This document shows positions 25,623-39,505 of a stretch of DNA of 64,000 nt, piece by piece (position 1 is the first letter of the stretch; the number at the start of each line of letters is the position of its first letter). The position numbers and the translations under genes are program-made. The notes under the pieces were generated by a model. The model searched no databases and had not been told where the DNA came from. It saw only the letters and a program-made list of their open reading frames with translations. Source of the DNA: Oikopleura dioica (Eukaryota; Animalia; Chordata); assembly GCA_907165135.1 (NCBI GenBank), contig OU015567.1, forward strand, positions 1,426,001 through 1,490,000. Reading direction: 5' to 3'.

Positions 25623-28600
25623 ATGAGAAAAAGAAAGTCGATCATTGATCAGGAAGAACCGGAAAGATGGGACTCAGGAAAAGTTTAAATTCGAAAACCA
25701 TAATTGTCTCCGCAATTTAATGTTAAAGTTATTTTCGCTCGGGGCAACATTGAGTTTGTAAGCCAACAAAGATTAACAACACAACACGTACTTCCGTCAA
25801 TATAAGAATATGATAAAATAATGATAAGCTAATGAAGACAAAAAATAACTTTCAAAAGCCCGGGCTACATCGAAGGAAGAAAATACGCTGCCATCTATTC
25901 CTCTTCTCTACTTCAAAATCTTCATCAGAATCGCTTGCGGAATATTTCTCGCGATCCTCGTCCTTGCTCTTGGCTTCATCAACATCTGCTCACTTTTCTC
26001 TTTAATTTCCGGCATTGGTGTCGATTTCATGCACTTCAACGCTGAGTATTTGAATCGATCAACAGAAGATACCTTTATCCAGCTGAACTATTTCGAGTCA
26101 AGTCAAGTTTTGCGAACAACTTTGGATTCTAGCGCCGCTTGTGGGGAGAGAATCAGCTTCGAGAAGAGCGAAAGTGGTCGGCTCTTCAAATATTTACTGG
26201 TGAACAAAGTACTGATTAACAATCTTCGCAAACTAGCCACCACAATTACTACTATGCTGCATAGTCTATGCAGTTCGAAACAGAACACCCTTGCATACTG
26301 GATAAAATGACAGAGGAAAAGAAGTCAGTTCATCAAAGTCTCTTTCTCCAGGGATCCTTCACTCTCCTCATCGCGCTCTGTCTCCAGGAAATCCGGGGCA
26401 TCATCGTTGGACTCTACTTTGTCATCTTCAAGTCAAAAGATGTCAAAAACTCGACAAAGCTAGAAAACGCCACCCAAATAGTGGCTGAAATCTGGAATGC
26501 TTCAGCAACGGCAGTTCTCGTCTTCTTTGTCTTGCCAAATTTGATTTTCTACAAACTTGGGTATATTTTCCTACATTCTGTTGGGATTCTTCTGTTGACT
26601 TCTTGCATCACAAAATGGCGTCAAACAGGAATGAAGATGTCTTGCTTGCTGGATATTATCGGCTTTGCGTTTATTCTCGGAGGAATATCGCTCTTTCTGC
26701 TTGAATATCTCCTCGATAATGATTTCCAGTTTGCAATCAACAAGGACTACTCAAAAATACTCTCCATTGTGGCCGTGTTGACCGTCAATCTGAACCTGAT
26801 TCGCAACTATTCCCAGCTCGAGCCGCTCAGAAAAGACGAAGGACTCGCTTGGGTTCACCTCCTCGCCCCGTTTTTTCGAGTCGGAGCGAATGTTGGCATC
26901 TTTTATCTGTTTATTTTCTCGGCTTTTGATTCAAGCGCTATTTTGAAAAATCAATATGAGAATATGATCGAGTTCACGAGTGCCGGTCTCGGAAGTCTTT
27001 TGTCGACGGATTCTGCTTATGTTAATTGGGTAACAACATGTGGTGTAACTGCTGCCTTGACGTCGTTTTTATTGAGTTACATTGTGGTTTCTGTGATCCG
27101 AACGAAGCTTCAACTTTATGCCTTTGTGATTCCAGGTTGCTTACTTTTACTTGGTATGCCAATGTTTTTGCAATTCGGCGTACCTGCCATCTACACAGAT
27201 CCGTCCGAAATTCTCTACATCTTCAGCACAGGAAACGACGACTGGTTTGAGTATTTCCATCTCGGGCAATATGGCTGCGGATGCATTGCATTCATAATCT
27301 GCGTCCGACACATTTTCTTCGACAAAAGCTATCCTTATGGCCTCGAGCGGATGCTTTTCGACAGTCCCCTCTACCGACCGGTTTGGACACTGCAGTCCCT
27401 TTTCCTTCACCGTCGCCGGCACGATATTTCTTCCTTCAATCTTGGAGACATGGAGGACGACGGGTTGAAGAAAACAGAGAGTGAGACGGTCCCGATGATA
27501 TTTATCTGCACAACTCTTTGGCACGAGGAAGAAAATGAAATGAGAACACTGTTGACTTCTATTTTAAATTTGATCGAATACGTCCATGACAGAGAAAATG
27601 ACAAAGAAATTCCTAAAAATGAAAAATTCAATCTTGAAGGTAGGATTTTTTTACCGACAAAATCTTGAAAAGTATCTGCCTACTTGACTTTTATTCAGTA
27701 AATATCTTTTTCGACAATGTTTTCGAATCGCACAATAGCAAGAAAAACCCGCGACTTATCCGGCCTTCCTGGGTAAGTTCCTTATTTGCCCAATTTACAT
27801 CCTATCCATTTCCTAGCTTCCAAGTTCAATTGATGAATGGCAAACGCTGAATAAGTGGGTTTATTCTTTCGGAAAGATTCTAGCCGAGCTGCTGCAGAAT
27901 CACAATGGCTGCGAGCAAGTTATTCAAAAGGGAAGGACAGTGATTACTCCTTATGGTGGCCGGCTGGAGTATGATATCTTGGGAATCAAGTTTCATGTGC
28001 ATTTGAAAAACGCGGACCGAGTTCAGCGAGGAAAACGATGGAGCATGGTCATGTACCTTTATTACCTGATTGGTTACAAAATTGATCAGTGCAAGATGCG
28101 AGTTGGACCGAATGATGATCAAGTGACAAAGGAGAATTCGTTTATTCTAGCGCTCGATGGTGATGTTCACTTTAGACCAGAAGCGGTTGAATTAGTTTTG
28201 CAGAGAATGAAAAGAAATAGAACTGTGGGAGCATGCTGCAATCAAATTCACCCACAAGGTGAGCAGTTTTCAACATGTCATTCGTTTGAATCGGAACTTG
28301 ATTCATCTGATCCAGCCAAAAGCGCGTTGTGCTGATGTTTTTTGCCATTCAAGTGAGATCGTAAGACCTTCTTAGATTTGCAGAAAACATTGCATAATTC
28401 ACAATGAAAAGGCATTGAAAATTTTTTCTTAAGGCTTATCTCCCAAGAGTCATAATATTTTGCCTAAAATTTTTGCCTATTTTGAATCTCAATAAACCTA
28501 CATAGATGAGAAGTGCTGCAAAAGCATCTTCTTTCGAATCATGAATTCCCTCTTGAATTGTCACTCCAATGTGATTTTTGGCGAGTTCCTTCAATGAAGG

Positions 28601-31600
28601 ACGTTTTTTCCCAGTTGTCCACTGAAATCTTTCTGCGGTATCTCGCTGAAGTTTGAATGGATGCTCAAAGGGAATTCGTTTCTTCTCTGTTTTATTGTAG
28701 CCAAGGCCTTTTAAATCAGCATCCAAGGAATGACCAACAACAATTTTGTCTTTGACAAGAACTTTGACCTTCTCGATAAGATCAAGGTAACTCTGTTTTC
28801 CCTGAAGGTCTTGTTTCGTGATTCCATGAATATCTGTTTTCATGTCTTCGTCCGTCTTTTCGGGAATGCAAAGCTCATCTAGAAAATTATTTATCTGCTT
28901 AAAATTGAGTGTACCGAAGATGATATTTCCATGGCCGTCAATCAGTGTTGCTTTAAGAACATAACGTTTCTCCAAATGGCGTTCCTCACGTGGCCTTAAA
29001 AATTCCATGCAAATTATTTGTTAAAGCAGTTAACCTGGTATTCCCACACATTTCACAGTCAAGAGCAAGAATTTTGTCTTTCTGGTCCTCGGAAATATTT
29101 TTCAAAAATTTCATTGCGCTCTCGAATTTTCTCATTATAGGCAATTATTTATCGTTTTTTCCAAAATATCTCGAATGGATAATTCAGAATAATGCTCCGA
29201 AATCGTGAATTTACACTTAACACTTTCGCGTTATATCACAGTTCAAATACAGTTTTTTCCTAGGACAGGGAGTGTTGGTTTGGTATCAACGATTCGAATA
29301 CGCCGTTGGTCATTGGCTCCAAAAAGCAACTGAACATGTTCTCGGCTGTGTTCTTTGCTCCCCGGGTTGTTTTTCGATGATGCGGATGAGTTTTCTCAGC
29401 GCCGACAATGTGATGGCTCTCTACAAATCTATCGCGACGAACCCGATGGAAAAACTGATGTACGACCAAGGAGAAGATCGCTGGCTCTGTACACTCATCC
29501 TTCTTGCTGGCGGAAGAATCGAATTTGAATCAGCTGCTCATTGTTTGACCTACGCCCCTGAGGATTTCGAAACTTATTACAAGCAGAGAAGGAGATGGGG
29601 TCCCAGCACAACTGCGAACATTTGGGAACTGATAAAGAATAAGGATCAGGCGGTGAAAAACAATGCATATATTTCTAGAGGATACATTGCTTATCAGTTC
29701 TTTTTGCTGATATTCAGTGTCGTTGGATTATCAACAACAGGTGCGAAAAGTGTTCTTATTTTTTCCTAATCATTTATTAAAGTGATGATGGTTGCTGAAG
29801 CCTTCAACATGGCAGTTGGAGATTCCCTTTCAACCGTCTGGTCATACACTCTCATTGTCGGTCCGATTGTTCTCTACGCAATTCTTTGCCGTTTCTACAA
29901 AAATTCTGACGTCCAACTATCCCTGGCAAAGGTCTTCAGTCTTATTTACTCGTTCATCATGGCGTTGGTCCTGATTTTCATCATCAAAATCGGCGTCGAC
30001 TGCTGGATAAACCCAACATTTCTGTTCTTCATCGGAATGGCAATTTTGCACATGGTCGTTGGAATCCTCCATTTCGATCCAATCACGCTTCTCTGTGGGG
30101 TCATTTACTATCTTCTCATTCCAACCTGCTTTATTTTTCTTCAAATCTACATGATTGCTAATTTGAACGATGTTTCTTGGGGAACTCGCTCCGGGCCGAA
30201 ACAGGCTCCGGCGAAGAATCCTCAAGAATCAGCGATGGGACTCTTTCAGCGAGCCAAAAAAGTCCTCTGTGGAATAGAACCCGAAAAGATACAAAAAGAA
30301 AATGAGGAGACGAAGAAGCCTGATGAGCCAGTTTCCCAGCCTTATCGCCCTGTCATTGTGGAAACGAAAGAAACACTCGAATCTTTCACAAACCTCCGAA
30401 TCCAAGGACCAGTTCTTTACGGCGGAATCTCAATTCGAAACTTCAGACGACAAATCGGAAACAGAAAGAAATCAGATTGGGACTCAAACGACTGGAACTA
30501 TTTTGCCCAGAATCTTTCAAAGGTCACGAGTGAAAATCAGCTAGAATGTGAAATTATCGGCGATTCAAGAGTAAATATTTCGAGAAGAGAATTGAATTTG
30601 ATGAAAGAATACAACTTGAAGTATTTCGACTGGACGTTGGATCGAAAAGCGCCGCTCCACAGGAAAGTTTAAAAAACAGAAAAAAATTTAAAATAAGAGA
30701 CCATAACTAGGGCCCGCACGGTGGGATTTCGTCAAATTTTTCCCGTTGACTGTTTCGGATGAAATTTTGTGAGGGTGTTAGTCGACCCCTAATCAAGAAA
30801 AAAACGCAAAAAAAATTTTGAAAATTAAGGGTGTCAACCCGAAAAAATCTATTTTTTTCGAAATCAAAAATATTGACTTGCAGGTTATTTACATTGCTTA
30901 TGACGAGTCAAAAATGAATCATTATGGTCCATAACTCAAACATTAATGTTAAAGCTCTCTTTTGGGTATTTTTTGTTAGACAGACCTGAAATCGTAGAAA
31001 TTGAATGATCTTCCTTAGTTGTTATATACAACCACGAATTATATTGATGAACAATAAGTAATTATCAGTAATTCTTCTTCGTTACTAATAAACTCATGAA
31101 AAGAGAGTCAAAAATCTTCACCCTCTCAAAAAGCGAGCACGATTTTTGGATGAAAATGATTGACAGCCGTACTGGCTACATTCGAAATCAGACCAAAGCT
31201 GAAGATGCCGAAACACAAGCCCGCATTGCTGAGGAAAATGCTGCAGCTCTTACTGAACTTCGCGACAAATTATACTTCTTCTTCCTTTTCATCAATCTTC
31301 TTTGGTTCATCATTTCGGTCGGGGTCAAACAAGCTGATTTGAAAATTTCGATTCCAGAGCAGTACATTCCTGGAGGAACTTGCGGGAAAGACGCGGAAGA
31401 AGGAGCGGATAAAAATGACCAAATCGAGCCACTTTCTCTCTTTTTTCTTCTTTTCTATGTTGTGGTCATGACGATTCAGTTTCTGACTATGCTTTGGCAT
31501 CGAGTATCGACTTTTCAGCACTATCTTGCTTATCTTAGGTTTGAGCCTTAGCAATTTTTTCTTACAAATTTCAAGAGTCCGGGATCTTTGGAGCGAAATA

Positions 31601-32380
31601 AAGAAGACAAAGCAAAAGCGCTCCGAAAAGTCCTCCCGTCCTCCGCCAGAAAAATTCTCGACAGTTTTCAACCAGGATTCTTTCGTCAGGTTTGCTTTTG
31701 TACCATTTTTCTTTCTCAACCAAAAATTAAGCCATAAAGAGCGAAGATACATAAAACATCTTTGGCACAAAGCAATCAAAGCGGCGAATAACAAGACTGA
31801 AAGAAGAAGATCGACCCAGTTGGAAACTTTGGTTGGGTTCATCCGATCGTCGAAGGCGCAAAAGATGCCGTCGCCAGTTCTAGAAGAGAGCACAGAATCA
31901 ACGGATACAAGGACGAGCACGCCAGTATTTGATGGACAACCTAGAACAGCAGTTTTAAAAGAACCCGAAGGAAAACTTTCTAAATGTGTTTTACTTGACT
32001 GTCTAGAGATACTAAGGCTTATTTATATAACTAAAAATTTTAATAAATTTTGAAGCCATTTTTTGCAAAATCAACTTTATGAAAGTGTTAAAGTCATTCC
32101 GGACATAATGGAATCTTCCGAAGAGAGCGCCTCTTCATCTTCCGAATCTGAAAACGAAATTGACGAAGTAAGCATGTCCAATATTCAAATCCCTCGACCA
32201 GAAGTGATCCGAACATCTGATGACGACTCATCTTCTATTGGAAGTCTCGGGCGCCATATTGGAACCCTCCGAAGAAGTAATATTTCAAATCGAGTTTCAT
32301 TGTCAGTGTTCTTTTTCAGTGAGCGTTACTCATCACATCCGAGATACTGTCGACGCGGTCAGAAGAAAGTTTACTTTTAA
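25623..32380 (+). CDS. CHS: Chitin synthase (GT2), multi-exon
   Basis: CTTLWHEE, TPYGGRL, KRWSMVMYLYY, LALDGDV, WYQRFEYAVGHWLQKATEHVLGCVLCSPGCFS, QGEDRW, QRRRW, SWGTR; N- and C-terminal TM blocks; ends approximate. Confidence 0.95.
28278..29114 (-). CDS. DEDDh exonuclease (REXO4/ISG20-like) fused to a C-terminal C2H2 (matrin/zf-met-type) finger, nested in a chitin synthase intron
   Basis: ExoI LALDCEMCG, ExoII VVGHSLDADL, ExoIII HDSKEDA; last exon FHCELCNVFCKSKKVLRSHLNGKKH. Confidence 0.85.
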
Positions 32381-32629
32381 AAAATCAAGTTCGAATAAAT
32401 ATTTTACATAAATCCATCGAATAAGATGCCTTTTCAAACGAAATGAAAAAAAAAACGCTGCTCTATGTTAGAGAACAAATGACCCTTTGTAATTTCTGTA
32501 AATCTTAAAATTACCAATTTGCTATCGTTGGGGATTTTACTCTTTCTTCCGATTATGACCCACGTTTCTCGGGAGTATAAAATTGAGACACTTTCCTTTT
32601 TTTGCCAGAAAAATAAAAAAAAGCAAATT

Positions 32630-33812
32630 ATGAAAATACTCAAAGTGCTATTGTGCGCTACTTGCTCGAGTCAGTCGACTACAACAACGCCGGAAAGAGA
32701 ATGTACAAGGTTCGAAGTTCTTCCAAATACTATCCAATTACAGTGGAAGAAAGCGAAAAGAGTTTGTGCTCTTCTCGGAGGCGTTCTTCCTTACTTCGAT
32801 AATCAGGTATCTTTTCAACGGGAACTAGCGTTTTTAAATTCAATTAAGAGCGAGTTTGAGATGCTAAAATCTGTTCTAAACGAGTCAGAGCAACGTATTC
32901 AAACTTATTGGTAGGGACTATCACGGGAGCGCGAGGGCCCAATTTTCGCTTCCCCAACTACCCGAAATAGCCATCCATTTTTCTTGATTTTTCAGACAAC
33001 ATATGTTTTCTTACCTGCTGATTCCAAATATGATAGAAAAATTCGCAAAAAAAACAATGAATATTATGAAAAACATCGAATTTATCTTTCAAAGATCGAA
33101 AAAATATAGAGCCCGTCTTGCCCCGTCATTCTTTTTTCGATATGTTCTCTATCAGAGACTTCTCCTGAATGTCTGAAAAAATCTTTTTACGCGGGTTTAC
33201 GCGTCGCTTGTAATCATCAGATAACTGAGTGAAAATGAAGGCGCGCTAGTGCTGCGCGCGGAGCCCAAAAAGCATTAGCGCGCGCCATAATCTCAGTGGG
33301 TGCTTGCTTTGACCAAGTACACGGAATCTGATGCAAACAATCCCGGGTGATTAACACAAAAAAGTTCCCGGAAGTCCTAAGCTTCATGTTTGCAAAGAAA
33401 TTTTCGAAAAATAATAAGCAAGTGACCCAGAAAACTCGGGTGAAAAATCGGTCAGCTTTAAGAGTAGTCTTAAGTTTGTCTTCCGCAGCATTTTCCGATC
33501 AAAAAGATTTTGGTATCATCAGAATCAGCTGAAAAATCCATACTTATGAGTAAATTTTTACGAAAATCGAAGGGCAATCGTTTTCCCGTGAAAGTCCCTA
33601 CTTATTGGCTAGGAATCATGAAAAACAAGAAAAAGACGAAATACATCACGATGAAAAGAGAAGATCCTCCATTTTTCAATTGGAATCCATTTCTCGACGT
33701 TCCAAATGATCTGCCAGGCCGGGACTGCGTCGTTATTCAGGATGCCAACTGGTGGCAAAACATGCGCTGCGTGGACTATTATCCTGTTATCTGCAGATTT
33801 GATGACTGTTGA
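32630..33812 (+). CDS. Small secreted C-type lectin domain protein
   Basis: WKKAKRVCALLGGVLP ... YWLGI ... FNW ... DCVVIQDANWWQNMRCVDYYPVIC. Confidence 0.75.
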
Positions 33813-34316
33813 ATAATTTTCTGGTATAAATAAAGAAAACTCTATGTTTAATAAAAATTACCGTTTGAAATTATTTCTTCAATTTTTTCTTCACAGAAAA
33901 AGCGCCACCGCGCGACGGATAAAAAAGAAAAAAGTTTGGAGCGGCGCGCCATTTGAATGGCGGCTTAGAGATAAAGTGATTGGGGAACGCGTCCTGGGAT
34001 AAATTACTCATTACGGCGTTTTTTCTTTCTTTCTGAAGGCGGCGCTGAGAAATAGATAAAATATTTGCAAACGCGTAGTCCCACGGAGCAGAAAGGCTCA
34101 TTCAGAGAACTAAAGAACAAACGAAGATAGATGAGAGAATATTGAAGAAAGAAGAGCTTTTATAAGGTTTGTAAAAATATAATGTAAATTTATTAATTAG
34201 TTGGTCTCCAATTTTTTCAGAATTTTTTTGATGAGTATTTAAGTTCAAATTCAGCGCATTTAAGACGGCTTTTGAGCCGAAAAATATTTCTAAAAAGACC
34301 GATTCTTTAATTCGGC

Positions 34317-34422
34317 AACCTGTGTAGAAATCTTAGTCAGGGTCCTGAAAAAGCCGATATAAAGCCGCATATCTTCGCAAAAAAGCTCTTTCAAGACCCT
34401 GTCTTAGGTTTTTACACAGGTT
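34317..34422. mobile_element. ~105-bp MITE-like element
   Basis: TIR AACCTGTGTAGAAATCTTAGTCAGGGTC vs revcomp AACCTGTGTAAAAACCTAAGACAGGGTC; partial copy near 36835. Confidence 0.65.
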
Positions 34423-34742
34423 TTCGGGCCCTGTCTATCAGCACGAGAACGATGTTTCGAGGTTAAAAAGTCCTTCTTTTAAAATCGCCGCGTCCACATC
34501 CGGAAGCAGCATCTCCGGAATCGCGCCATAAAAAGAAAAGAAGCGGGCGGTCGCACCTCTCGGCCATCCCAAAAAAGCTCCTTCAATTTCCACTTTCAAA
34601 CAAAAAACAAAATAAAAAAAAATCGTCAATTTGTTTTGCCCTGCTCAAGCATTTGATGATCAATCGATAAATCTGTCGTCCCAGCGATCCTCCGAGCCAC
34701 TCGTGATCAATTTTCAAAAGCCTCTTTTTAAGTCTTTCGAAA

Positions 34743-37574
34743 ATGCGCTGCAGAGTCCTCTACGATTTTACTGGAGAGAACAGTTCAGAACTGACAGTCA
34801 GAGAAGGAGAAGAACTTGTAGTCACGAGCAAAGGAGATGATGATGGCTGGTGGACTGCAAAGTGAGTTGAAAGCCTTAAATGGCCTAACAATTAATTCGC
34901 TTTGAAATCAAATTATCTGATAGAAAATCTTTAGGAATCCTGTAACAGGCGCAGAAGGAATCGTCCCAGCTTCGTACGTCGAAGAAATTGCCGAAGAGAA
35001 CTACGACGACGTTCCGGACAACGATTCCTTCACTTCCGATTCGGGTAAGAACGAAAGAGCGGAACAAAATAGCTCAGAAAAGACCGAAAAATGCGAAACT
35101 GAAGACGCAGTCGTGAATGATCCAGCTAATGGGTACATTGGTTTGTAGTGTTGGTGACGTTTTCGGTGCTAGAATTGTGTTTTTGGTGCTTAGAGAAGTT
35201 TTTAAGACGATGGCGATTATATCCAACCTACATCGAATTCTTCTTTCGCGAATAATACGTTCAGAGCTGTGAATTTTCCACCTCCGCCAGCGAGAACAAC
35301 CTCCACAAGATGTAATTTTTTCAGTAGAACCAATCAAAACAAATCTTTACTCTCACAAACTAATCAAAATCCGTGATTTTTAGGCTTTGATTTGAAATTT
35401 GTTTTAAATGATTTAATACTTACAAAGCTGAGTCGAAAATTCTTGCTTCCCATATTTACGAAGATCCAGATCAGTTTCCCTCCCCTCCAAATCAGTACAG
35501 TATGATCTGATTCTTCCCAAAATTGAGAAATTAAGCGATCAATAAATCAGCAAAACTTATTCGCAAATTAATAATCTCCTGTTCTCCCAAATCTGGTGTG
35601 ATTTGGTGATTTACAAATGAATCGATTGACGAGAGACGTCCTTAATAAATTAAAATTAACCCTTTTGCATTTTAAGATCCTGGATGGGGCGGTGCTTTTG
35701 GAACTCCTGCACCTCCACCAGCCGCGAATGGGCCAGTACCAGAACCAGCAAGAAGTCCTCAAGGAAGTGCTTCGCCAGAACATGCTCCTTCTTCGTCAGT
35801 CAGTTCGTCAAGGTCAGTAAAAGCTTTGCTAGTAATCCTGTGCAGAAGCCTGATTCTGGGTCCCAAATTCTCTTCTTCAGACGCGTAGAAACTTTTTTGA
35901 AGCTTTTCGGCTTCGCCAGAATAAAAAGCCGCTACGCGGCTCTCCATAAAGGCTATTATTGGACCCGACTTCAGGTTATTACACAGGTTTTCAAGCGAAG
36001 AAATTGCTCGTTTCATCGAATTTATAGATCTGGTGAGCCGGTAAATCAACCCTCTGGAACGACAAAAGGCGTTGTCGGAAAAGACATTTCCCGATTCAAA
36101 AAATACATCAAAGTTGGCGCAGAAGACTTCATCATCGGCCTCGCGCCGAAGAAAGCCGATAGAAAACTATACGAAATCGTCGATCCGGGCCACCTTGTTC
36201 AGTGGAGAGGAGGGATGAATACAGGCATTCAGCTGGAAATCACGTCGACAGAGCAAGGAAGAAAGGGGATGGGAATGAAGGTCTTTACGCTTTACGAAAT
36301 TCATAATATCTCCGCGAATGTGACCGTTAAAAGAAGGTAGATTTGGCGTAAAATTCTGCATAGAAATTCCTTTTCTTCAGATACAAGCATTTCGACTGGC
36401 TGGCAGCTCGTCTAAAAGAACAATTCCCTGTCTCACTCCTCCCTCGTCTTCCAGAAAAGCAGCAAAATGGCCGATTTGATGAACATTTCGTCAAACGTCG
36501 CAAAACCCTCCTCAACGCCTGGATCAAAGAAGTCTGCAGGCATCCAATCGTGTGCAATTCGAAGCTGATCACGAGTTTTATCACGATAAAAGACGCAGAC
36601 CAGAAGGAATGGAAGAATTACAAAAGAAGTATGGAAAAGACGCCGTATCAGTTGGCTGGTTTCTTCCAGGCCGTCGATGTTCCCTCGAATTCGCCGTTTT
36701 TGAAAGATTCGGAGAATCAAATGAAGAAGTTTGAGCAGTTCTCTGGTGGAATGGATAAGACAACGAGTCAACTTGCTGATGCCCTAAGCAGGTAGGTCAA
36801 ATTCCAATTTTCGCCTTAGGTTTGGGCATGTAAACCTGTGTAGAAAGTCCTAAGAGCCAGAACTACCATTTAAAATGGTCAATTTCAATTTATTCTCAAT
36901 TTATAGCTGGAGTTTCTTCACAGATTGCAGAGCCTCCCCCTAGATGAATCGCTAAAATCATCTTTCTAGGAGTCTAAAAACGCACGACACTTCGATAAAG
37001 AGCGAAATCATCCACGTAGGTCGCGCATTCGACGAGCTCGGCAAGGTCTTCGCCTCCAAGCAGCAAAAAGAAGGCTCCGTAGAATTGGCGACCGCGACGG
37101 CAGCTGCGGGAAAGACATTTGAAGAATCGGCGCAATTGGTAACGAGTTCGGCGCTAGAATCGACGATTCCTTTCCTGGACAATTTATGGCTATACGATGG
37201 ATTATTATCGCACAAAGATGGAATGGTAGAAGTCGGGAAACAGACGAAAGAGAAGATAGAGACGAATAGAAAGAAATTGAGCGGGACTTCAGCTGACAAG
37301 GAGCTTCAAATCAAGAGGTAGAAAGTTTTGGTAATGTAAAATAAAAAGGAAACTTTTTCAAGTGATACAATTAACGGAGCTCTGTTATCGGAAGCCGACT
37401 ATCTCGATGAAATCCGTATTCCAGACTTCACCCGCAACATCAAGCAGTATCTATGTATGCGAAGCTCTCCTTAAATTGATAAATTTATTCGAATTTCTAG
37501 CGCGTCGAGCCGAATACCACCGCCGCCAAATGGAACTCTTCGAAGCAGCAGCAGCGAAATTTCCCGACCTATGA
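34743..37574 (+). CDS. SNX9/18/33: SH3-PX-BAR sorting nexin (SNX9/18/33 family)
   Basis: SH3 MRCRVLYDF...DGWW...GIVPASYV; PX RRYKHFDWL...LPEKQQNGRFDEHFVKRR...CRHP; helical BAR region. Confidence 0.92.
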
Positions 37575-37907
37575 TTTCAAGCTATTTTCTAACGAGCTAA
37601 TACCAAATACTTGACCGCAATACTCCTCCCATAATTTTCTTCCCTCCGTATGAAATGTTCCTCCGTCTTCTACTTTACACCTATACCAACTATGCATTCT
37701 TATATATTTTAACCCTGTTCACTCCACTTTCTTATCTTCAACTAGATGGCTTTAATGAGAATACAGAAAAATTTCTTGCAATAGTCATCTTTTTTTCTTT
37801 GATTTTCTATGAATCAATGAAACAAGAAGCAAAAATAAGAATTTATTAAAAAAATAATTTGTTTCGGCGAAAGCTGTTTTCGGTTTAACGAACTTACCAG
37901 AGTATAT

Positions 37908-39505
37908 CTATTTTATTGAAATTAATATATGATACTGATAATAATATTTTTCTAATATTTTCCTAAATTGTTTTCGTAATAAAAACGATTCAGGAAAATA
38001 ATCTTTGAATATTTCGTTCTTAGTGGAAATATCTGACAAATGCTCTGGATTCTGTTCTTTTTTATTTTTACAGTTCAACTTACCTCCAGCATTATCGCCC
38101 CACTGTGGATTGTGATTGTTGACCCTATCCCAGACAAAATTATTGTAAGTTTCGCCGAGCTCCGTCAAAGGATAAGGCGCAACATTGCTATTGAGTGCGC
38201 CGAATTGAGTCTCAGTCAAAGCAGCCATCCAGTTATACCGGACTACCCAAGGCATTTCCTCCAGCATTGGAAGAGTTTCCTTCATGTAATCGTGATGCTG
38301 CTCGTTTGGACAGTCCCACCAGCCATTTCCACAGTTGAATTCGACAAGCCAAACCGGATAGCCGAATTTTGCCTTGTAATGACTAAGGGTGTCTCTAAGC
38401 AAAATTGGCTCGCACTTGCAATCAACACCTTGCTGCCCTCCATTGACTCGATATTCGTGGACGTTGATTGCATCAATTCTTACGTGCTCTGGCAAGTTGA
38501 AGTAAAAATCCTCGCCCCAGTCCATCGCGCCACTTTTAGCAGCAATAGAAGGGCCGACAATACCGATTTCATCCGTCGAAACATTGTGGTTTACTGCGTG
38601 TTCCTCAACGCGTTTCCAAAATGAGGGCCAGAGCTCGAATGCATTCGGCACAGTCAGATTCGCTTGACTGTCACCGTAGGGTTCGTTCAGGTAACCCATC
38701 CATTTTTCGCCAGTTTTAAGGACCTCGTTGTCTAAATTTAATATTGACGGAAAAGGGATTAAAAGTCTCATTACTTCGGGGAAAATTGTATTTCGGATGG
38801 GTACAGGTATTCGCCCAGGGTTTACTTCCGCAAGCTTCCTGGTCACAAGTCCCATCTCCATATCTCGAGTCTGTATCCTGTCTGCATCGCGGATACGCCA
38901 TAATCGGCCAGACATGCATATTCTCAGCCAAAAGCTCCTCGTCCCCTTCTTCTTGAAACGACCACCAACTATGGCTAAGTGACCAAAAGCTGATCCAGCC
39001 GATGGTCGGGCTTTCCGGGTTCTTATGCACGGTATTGTAGGTTCTTACAAAGTCCGCTTGATCGCCGTGATTCCAAATTGCCATGCCTCGCTTTATGCCC
39101 GGCGCGGGGACGTTATCGGGAATTTCGCAGCTGACTTTAAGGCCATTTTCCATGTCCCAGTCGGACCAGTAGTAATTCAGTAGAAATCCAGGAGGATGGA
39201 GCTCACCTTTTCGGCAGAGCAGTTCGGCGAAAACAGGCGCAGTTCCCTAGAATACTCATAAAACCAGAAGGTTTCTGTTGGTCCATCAGTGATTTTCCAC
39301 TTACTTGCGAAATACACTGAAGCGTGCACATGGTTTCTTCAGGGATGAAATCTCCTTCCGCGCATTTTATATCAGCCGAAAACTTGGCAATCGTAAGACT
39401 GCTCGTATCACAGTCAGTTCCAGTCAGGCCTTCAACAACTCTCTTTGTATATTTGGTACTCGAACTGGCGAAAACGCATGGAACAAAGAAGCTCGACAGC
39501 TTCAT
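37908..39505 (-). CDS. Secreted GH128-like (Glyco_hydro_cc/Asl1) putative beta-1,3-glucanase
   Basis: Signal peptide; KRG, WPIM, GYLNEP (acid/base), AINVHEY, VWLVEF (nucleophile), LEEMPWVVRYNW match the GH128 pattern. Confidence 0.8.

Noticed and set aside
30699-30932. Possible MITE in chitin synthase intron
   Set aside because: Only an 8-bp inverted match (GACCATAA), no TSD or second copy in the window
34540-34580. tRNA A-box-like GGGATGGCCGAGAGG on minus strand
   Set aside because: No downstream anticodon or T arm
37600-37850. Strand-biased stretch as NUMT or 64-aa gene
   Set aside because: No recognisable mitochondrial or other motif; lies in convergent 3' UTR space
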